DNA of 43,701 nucleotides, from sequence record SRR31156797_2079. One strand, 5' to 3'. This document shows, in pieces, positions 37,778 through 43,701 of this stretch. The number at the start of each line of letters is the position of its first letter. The first letter of the stretch is position 1. Under the pieces are notes generated by a model that saw only the letters and a list, made by a program, of their open reading frames with translations, was not told the origin of the DNA and did not search any database. A program made the translations under genes and the position numbers.

Positions 37778-38962
37778 TTATTTTAAATATTTCAAATACG
37801 TACTCATGTCTTTGTCGCCGCGGCCCGAGAGGTTAATTACCACATGCTCGTCGGGTTTGAAATCTATTTCCTTTAGTGCTGCAAATGCGTGCGCCGATTC
37901 CAATGCAGGAATAATGCCTTCCAATCTGGTCAATTCCATGGCAGCTTCCATGGCCTCCTCATCACTTGCACCTACAAACTGGGCTCGCCCACTATCATGC
38001 AACCATGCATGCAATGGTCCAATTCCAGGATAATCTAAACCAGCTGAAACAGAATACGGTTCTATTACTTGTCCATCTTCATCCTGAATTAATAAGCTTT
38101 TCGCGCCATGCAATACGCCTTCGCGACCGAAATTAATGGTTGCCGCATGTTCTTGCGTATGCAAACCTTTGCCGGCAGCTTCTACTCCTACTAGTTTTAC
38201 ATCACTTTCAATATAATGATAAAAGGCTCCTGCTGCATTGCTTCCTCCTCCTACACATGCAATAATATAATCGGGATCGGTTTTACTTTCTTTTTCTAAA
38301 AATTGCTTCCTAATTTCCGCACTAATAACTGACTGCAAATGAGCTACAATCTCTGGGTACGGATGCGGTCCAACTACTGATCCAATGATATAAAACGTAT
38401 CTGATGGGTTATTAATCCAATCGCGTAATGCCTCATTAGTCGCATCTTTCAATGTTTGATTTCCACTTTTGGCAGGAATTACTTTTGCTCCCAACATCTC
38501 CATGCGAGCCACATTGGGAGCCTGACGTTCCACATCCAAAGCGCCCATATGTACCACACACTCCAACCCACGCAAAGCACAAACTGTTGCTGTAGCTACG
38601 CCATGTTGGCCTGCTCCTGTCTCTGCAATAATGCGTTTTTTACCCAACTTTTCAGCCATCAATACCTGCCCAATGGTATTATTGATTTTATGCGCTCCGG
38701 TATGATTCAAATCTTCACGCTTTAACCAGATATTGGTATGATATTTTTCTGATAACCTTTTGGCAAAATAGAGTGGTGTTGGCCTTCCGGTATAATCTGC
38801 TAATAATTCCATATACTCCTTTTGAAACCCTGCATCATTCAGAATATCCAAATAAACCGCTTCAAGCGCTTTAATATTTGGCCGCAACATTTCAGGAATC
38901 CATGCTCCGCCATATTTTCCATAATATCCTCTTTCGTCTGCTATACTTTTAATCTGTAACAT
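37778..38962 (-). CDS. trpB: Tryptophan synthase beta chain
   Basis: [47 protein letters not shown]. Confidence 0.97.
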   Translation of the reverse strand: MLQIKSIADERGYYGKYGGAWIPEMLRPNIKALEAVYLDILNDAGFQKEYMELLADYTGRPTPLYFAKRLSEKYHTNIWLKREDLNHTGAHKINNTIGQVLMAEKLGKKRIIAETGAGQHGVATATVCALRGLECVVHMGALDVERQAPNVARMEMLGAKVIPAKSGNQTLKDATNEALRDWINNPSDTFYIIGSVVGPHPYPEIVAHLQSVISAEIRKQFLEKESKTDPDYIIACVGGGSNAAGAFYHYIESDVKLVGVEAAGKGLHTQEHAATINFGREGVLHGAKSLLIQDEDGQVIEPYSVSAGLDYPGIGPLHAWLHDSGRAQFVGASDEEAMEAAMELTRLEGIIPALESAHAFAALKEIDFKPDEHVVINLSGRGDKDMSTYLKYLK

Positions 38963-39587
38963 ATCTGGAGTCTTTAATCGATTCTAAAAAAGTTTGAATT
39001 AACACCGGATCTTTTATTCCGGGTTGTATCTCAAAGCGGCTATTAATATCAATACCAATACATTTATCGATACTTAACTGAGCAACAATTTCAGCATCAT
39101 CGGGTCCTATTCCGCCACTTAAAAGGAAAGGAGTTTGCAATGGGTAACTTTGTAATGTTTCCCAATTAAATTTTCGACCAGTGCCTCCGTGTTTTAGGCT
39201 TTTTGTATCCAAAAGAAAATAATTCACAAAAGGCTCGTATTTTTCATAATGGCGAAAATCAGTTTCCGCATCTACACTTATCACTTTTACCACATTAATT
39301 CCATAATTCCTTAAATAGGCACAGTGTTCTACCGATTCTTGACCATGCAATTGCACAGTATTTAAGTCATACGCTTTTACAGTTGAAAATACTTTTGTAA
39401 GTAATTCATTCACAAAAACGCCAACTCTCTTGTGATTTTTAGTTACTTCAAAAAATTGCTCGTTTGGATTGATAGTAACCTTACGTGGCGATTTCTCATA
39501 AAATATAAATCCTAACCAGTCAATTTGCGACAAAGGCAGACTGGCAATATTATCGATGCTATTTAATCCACAAACTTTAACTATCAT
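38949..39587 (-). CDS. trpF: Phosphoribosylanthranilate isomerase (probable start 39587)
   Basis: [30 protein letters not shown]. Confidence 0.93.
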   Translation of the reverse strand: MIVKVCGLNSIDNIASLPLSQIDWLGFIFYEKSPRKVTINPNEQFFEVTKNHKRVGVFVNELLTKVFSTVKAYDLNTVQLHGQESVEHCAYLRNYGINVVKVISVDAETDFRHYEKYEPFVNYFLLDTKSLKHGGTGRKFNWETLQSYPLQTPFLLSGGIGPDDAEIVAQLSIDKCIGIDINSRFEIQPGIKDPVLIQTFLESIKDSRYVTD

Positions 39588-40368
39588 ACTGAGCCTCCAT
39601 TTCATTTATAAAAGTTCTACATCTTTCAGGTGGATATGATGATCGCATAAAATATTCGCCCATCAAAAAACCATTAAATCCTGCTCTTTTAAGTTGAGTA
39701 GCCTTTTCCGGTGAATCAATACCACTTTCGGCAATTCGAATAATTCCCTCAGGTAATTGATTACAAAGGTCAATGGACTGTTGTACATCTACTTCAAAGG
39801 TCTGTAGATTACGATTATTAATTCCTACCACATCAGTTAAGGGAGAAATTTTCTCCAACTCCTCTTCATTATGAATCTCCAATAGCACTTCCATTCCATG
39901 ACTTTGCGTCAATGATGTTAGATCTGAAACTTCTTTTTTTGTAAGAATTCTGGCAATTAACAATATAGCATCAGCTCCAGCAGCTTTAGCTTCCATCACC
40001 TGATAGGGATCAATAATAAAATCTTTACGCAATAGCGGGATAGTCACTTTTTGTCTGGCAGTTTCCAAATGATATAAATTCCCTCCAAAAAAATGCTCAT
40101 CAGTTAAGACAGATACAGCCGAGGCACCGGCATGCTGATAACCTGCAATCACATCAATATGATTAAGTCGGTCATTGATAATTCCTTTGGATGGTGACCG
40201 ACGTTTGTGCTCTGCCACCACTCCACTGCCATGTTCAATGTGCTCACTAAAGGAAAGTGGAAATCGCTTAAAATGCAGCGATTGTTCCAGCTGTCGAACC
40301 GAAATCAATCGTTTCTGCTTATCCACTTCGGCCCTCTTGTGTATCACTATTTTGTCGAGAATGTTCAT
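39577..40368 (-). CDS. trpC: Indole-3-glycerol phosphate synthase
   Basis: EHKRRSPSKG, SVLTD, LLRKDFI, GINNRNL, AESGI. Confidence 0.95.
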   Translation of the reverse strand: MNILDKIVIHKRAEVDKQKRLISVRQLEQSLHFKRFPLSFSEHIEHGSGVVAEHKRRSPSKGIINDRLNHIDVIAGYQHAGASAVSVLTDEHFFGGNLYHLETARQKVTIPLLRKDFIIDPYQVMEAKAAGADAILLIARILTKKEVSDLTSLTQSHGMEVLLEIHNEEELEKISPLTDVVGINNRNLQTFEVDVQQSIDLCNQLPEGIIRIAESGIDSPEKATQLKRAGFNGFLMGEYFMRSSYPPERCRTFINEMEAQYDS

Positions 40369-41366
40369 AATTGCTTATTGTAATCCATCAGTTTCTTGAA
40401 CGATTGAAGAGCGGCACCACTTTCGATACTTTCGCGAGCAATGGCAACGCAATCAATAATTTCATTAGCTAAACCTGCAGTTTGAACAGCCAAAGCACTA
40501 TTGGCAATAACTACCTCTTTCTGTGCTTTTGTAGCTTCATTTTTTAATACATTAAGAAAAATATCGGCTGACTCTTCCAATGTTCCACCACTAACAATTT
40601 GCTCCGGCTTTAAATACTCCATTCCTAATGAATCAGGTGTCATATTAGCCTCGCCTTCGCGACTAAACTTTTTAAATATTCCTGTTAAAGAAACCTCATC
40701 ATATCCATCTAAACTATGCACAACGGTATAGTTTTTATCGGTTTGCTGATAAATGTAATGATATAAACGAGCCGTTTCAGTGTTGAAAACACCAATCAAT
40801 TGTCGATCAGGATTTGCCGGATTAATCATTGGCCCCAGAATATTGAAAAATGTTTTAGTACCCAACTCTTTACGAATGGGTGCAATATTTTTCATGGCCG
40901 GATTAAAAAGTGGGGCATGAAGAAACATTATTCCAGCTTCTTCTAATTCATGCATCAGCTTATCTGTATCACTGGAAAACTTATAACCAAAGTATTCCAA
41001 TATGTTAGATGACCCCACAGAAGATGATACTGCATAATTTCCATGCTTAGCCACTTTTAATCCAGCACCAGCAGCTACAAATGATGAAAGGGTTGAGATG
41101 TTGAAAGTATCCTTTCCATCTCCACCGGTACCACATAAATCTATTGTTAAAAATCCATTCGTCGCCACTGTAATTTGTAATTCGAGCATCGCTTCGCGAA
41201 AACCTGAAAGCTCCTCCAATGTGATTGGACGCATTGAAAATACCCCAAGAAATGCCGCTTTTTGACTGCCATTAAAATCGCCCTTACCCATGCGGAGCAA
41301 TACTGATTTGGCCTGCTCACGGGTGAGTGTTTTATGTTGATATAGATGTGTTAGTATTTCTTTCAT
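40365..41366 (-). CDS. trpD: Anthranilate phosphoribosyltransferase
   Basis: CGTGGDG, NIST, AKHGN, FNILGP, DGYDE. Confidence 0.95.
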   Translation of the reverse strand: MKEILTHLYQHKTLTREQAKSVLLRMGKGDFNGSQKAAFLGVFSMRPITLEELSGFREAMLELQITVATNGFLTIDLCGTGGDGKDTFNISTLSSFVAAGAGLKVAKHGNYAVSSSVGSSNILEYFGYKFSSDTDKLMHELEEAGIMFLHAPLFNPAMKNIAPIRKELGTKTFFNILGPMINPANPDRQLIGVFNTETARLYHYIYQQTDKNYTVVHSLDGYDEVSLTGIFKKFSREGEANMTPDSLGMEYLKPEQIVSGGTLEESADIFLNVLKNEATKAQKEVVIANSALAVQTAGLANEIIDCVAIARESIESGAALQSFKKLMDYNKQL

Positions 41367-41402
41367 TTTATAGTTTTTTGAGATTTATAATCCGAAGATT
41401 TA

Positions 41403-41497
41403 TTTCACGCAGAGATCGCAAAGAGTTCGCAAAGCTCGCAATGAAAAAACCCTTTGATTTCTTTGCGTATTCTGGTCTTTGCGTTCTTTACGTGAAA
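41403..41497. repeat. 95-bp palindromic element, copy 2 (opposite orientation)
   Basis: TTTCACGCAGAGATCGCAAAG...CTTTGCGTTCTTTACGTGAAA. Confidence 0.8.
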
Positions 41498-41509
41498 CCA
41501 AATTTATAA

Positions 41510-42163
41510 TTATAAAAATAAAGTGCGTTCAATACGATTAAGATCATAGGCTGCACTATTCGCAGTGGGCAGAACCAAAGATGAAAATGATTGGTAAGAC
41601 TCCAACCAGTTAGACATTATCTGCCGGCCATTTTCTGTTAAAACAGATTCCGGATGAAATTGCAATCCTACCAAATCATAAGATTTGTGACGAATAGCCA
41701 TTGCAATATTATTATCATCTTTCGCTAATAATTTGAAGCTATCACTAACATCATCGGCCATAATACCCCATGAATGGTAACGACCAACTTTCATTTTTTG
41801 TGGCATCCCTTTAAACAATGACTCATTTTTATCAAGACGCTCCATCATGGTTGCTTTACCATGAAAAACTTCATCAAGGTTGGTTAAGTCGCTTCCGAAT
41901 ACTTCTCCCATAGCTTGCATTCCTAGGCAAATACCCAGAATCTTTTTAGTAGGAGCTAATTTCCCAATAACTTCGTTTATGATACCCGCATCAGATGGCA
42001 CTCCGGGTCCGGGTGATATTACAATACGGTCATAAGCTTCAACTTCTGAAACAGTGATTTCATCATTTCTAACCACATCCATGTTGGTTACACCGCATTG
42101 ACGGATCATCTCAACTAAATTGAATGTGAAAGAGTCATAATTGTCAATTACTAATGTTTTCAT
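41510..42163 (-). CDS. trpG: Anthranilate synthase component II (glutamine amidotransferase)
   Basis: IDNYDSFT, SPGPG, GICLGMQ, RYHSW, QFHPES. Confidence 0.95.
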   Translation of the reverse strand: MKTLVIDNYDSFTFNLVEMIRQCGVTNMDVVRNDEITVSEVEAYDRIVISPGPGVPSDAGIINEVIGKLAPTKKILGICLGMQAMGEVFGSDLTNLDEVFHGKATMMERLDKNESLFKGMPQKMKVGRYHSWGIMADDVSDSFKLLAKDDNNIAMAIRHKSYDLVGLQFHPESVLTENGRQIMSNWLESYQSFSSLVLPTANSAAYDLNRIERTLFL

Positions 42164-42175
42164 CTTATTATAATT

Positions 42176-43591
42176 TTATTGATTTATATCTTGAGCTAAT
42201 TCGATGGCTTTGCGGATGGCACCAACTTTATTGTATACCTCTTCAAGCTCTTTTTCTTCTTCAGATTGAATAACGATTCCGGCACCGGCCTGATAATAAA
42301 GCTTATGGTCTTTAGCCAAAGCAGAACGAATAATAATCGCATGGTTGATATCTCCATTGAAACTGATTTGACCGATAGCACCACCATAAAAGCTTCGGTT
42401 CACGTTTTCATATTGACTAATCAGCTCCATAGCTTTCACCTTTGGAGCTCCGGTAAGTGTTCCGGCAGGGTAACTTTTCCCCAGCATTTCCAAAGGAGAC
42501 ACTCCGTCCTGAATCGTGCCCGTAACAGTTGAAACCATATGCAGAACATGAGAATAATATTGTATCTCTTTGAACTTTTCCACGGCAATATCAGTTGCAA
42601 ACCTGCTTAAATCATTACGCGCTAAATCTACCAGCATCACATGTTCTGCGTTTTCTTTTTCATCATTGTATAAACTGGTTGCTAACTCACGGTCTTGCGC
42701 ATCATTTCCTGAACGTTTTACAGTACCGGCAATCGGCACAATGGTGGCTTTTTTATCTTTTACAACTAATTGGCTTTCTGGAGATGATCCAAATAAACGG
42801 AAGTTTCCATAATCAAAATAGAAAAGATATGGAGATGGGTTCACGCTGCGCAACGCACGGTAGACATTAAATTCATCGCCTTCAAACGATTGGTAGAAAC
42901 GACGACTTAATACTAATTGGAACGTATCTCCAATTTTGCAATGGTGCTTGGCTTTTGAAACGAGTTGCTTATAATCCTCATCTTCCATATTACTGCCACT
43001 CGACCCATTAGATTTGAAAGGGTAAGCCGCAAAAGAGCGATTTAATAACTGATCTTTAATCTCCTGCAATCGCGGTTTGTCTCCCTCAGGAATTAATTCC
43101 ATAATGGTGGCTGTATTTTTATAGTGATTTACCGCAATTACAAATCTGTAGATCTGATAATATATTTCGGGGATTTGTGTCTCAGGATCGGTATCTCTGA
43201 TTTCAATTTTTTCAAAATTACGCACAGCATCATATGCAGTATAACCAAATAAACCATTCAGTTTAAGTGCTTCTGGCTCACCTTCAATTCTAAAATAGTC
43301 GATAAATTGCTGCAGTCTTTCAACCACATCTCCTTTAAAATCAGGCGATATATCTTTGTTTTGTACTGTTACTTTGGTATCGTTTTGCTCTTGTACAAAA
43401 GACGCTAGCGGCTCCAAACAGATAAATGAATAATTATCGGCACCACCCTGATAATCATTACTTTCCAGCAGAATCGCATTGGGATAAATATCTCTAAATT
43501 TCAGATACATACTTACCGGACTTAGCGTATCTGCGAGAATTGTTTTTGTTTTTAATTGTAGTTGTATCATTCTAAACATTATTTCTTTCAT
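42176..43591 (-). CDS. trpE: Anthranilate synthase component I
   Basis: LLES, FQLVLS, NPSPY, GSSPE, PIAGT, EHVMLVDLARND, GAPK, YGG. Confidence 0.95.
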   Translation of the reverse strand: MKEIMFRMIQLQLKTKTILADTLSPVSMYLKFRDIYPNAILLESNDYQGGADNYSFICLEPLASFVQEQNDTKVTVQNKDISPDFKGDVVERLQQFIDYFRIEGEPEALKLNGLFGYTAYDAVRNFEKIEIRDTDPETQIPEIYYQIYRFVIAVNHYKNTATIMELIPEGDKPRLQEIKDQLLNRSFAAYPFKSNGSSGSNMEDEDYKQLVSKAKHHCKIGDTFQLVLSRRFYQSFEGDEFNVYRALRSVNPSPYLFYFDYGNFRLFGSSPESQLVVKDKKATIVPIAGTVKRSGNDAQDRELATSLYNDEKENAEHVMLVDLARNDLSRFATDIAVEKFKEIQYYSHVLHMVSTVTGTIQDGVSPLEMLGKSYPAGTLTGAPKVKAMELISQYENVNRSFYGGAIGQISFNGDINHAIIIRSALAKDHKLYYQAGAGIVIQSEEEKELEEVYNKVGAIRKAIELAQDINQ

Positions 43592-43625
43592 ATTATATTT
43601 CTCTTCCTAAAGCTTAATAAACGCT

Positions 43626-43701
43626 CGTCATTCCGAGGAGGAACGACGAAGGAATCTGGTGCAAAATGAACGAGATTGCTTCTCCGCCAGCTGGCGGATC
43701 G
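43626..43701. repeat. GC-rich palindromic mini-element (same family as 27225-27448), cut by window end
   Basis: CGTCATTCCGAGGAGGAACGACGAAGGAATCT...GAGATTGCTTC, then the perfect 16-bp palindrome TCCGCCAGCTGGCGGA (43683-43698). Confidence 0.7.

Overview
AT-rich chromosomal window from a Bacteroidota bacterium, probably an anaerobic Bacteroidales/Marinilabiliales type. The assignment rests on type IX secretion (T9SS) C-terminal sorting domains and TAnnTTTG promoters. Left to right: (i) a decayed tRNA-3'-end/GIY-YIG remnant; (ii) a ~16 kb cell-surface block with four T9SS cargo proteins, a lipoprotein + beta-barrel pair, a small lipoprotein and a PagL-like acyloxyacyl hydrolase; (iii) an argB-D-C-J operon; (iv) a lone AAA+/DUF4143-type ATPase with phased palindromes over its promoter; (v) a nucleobase-catabolism neighbourhood (HAD phosphatase, guanine deaminase, XdhC, YgeY, YgeW, HydA, YgjV-GNAT-like fusion, Cys-rich PAS protein) ending in a T9SS-secreted endonuclease I that is divergent from an uncharacterised candidate wHTH-TPR protein; (vi) three small hypothetical genes; (vii) a complete trpE-G-D-C-F-B-A operon. 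Intergenic regions hold at least three families of short palindromic elements. I saw no CRISPR array, rRNA, intact tRNA, integrase or transposase. All product calls come from motif recognition by eye, not database searches. The best candidates for undescribed biology are a possible extracellular-DNA-to-purine-fermentation module, the wHTH-TPR protein beside the secreted nuclease, the ATPase operator array and the heptamer-pair palindromic elements.
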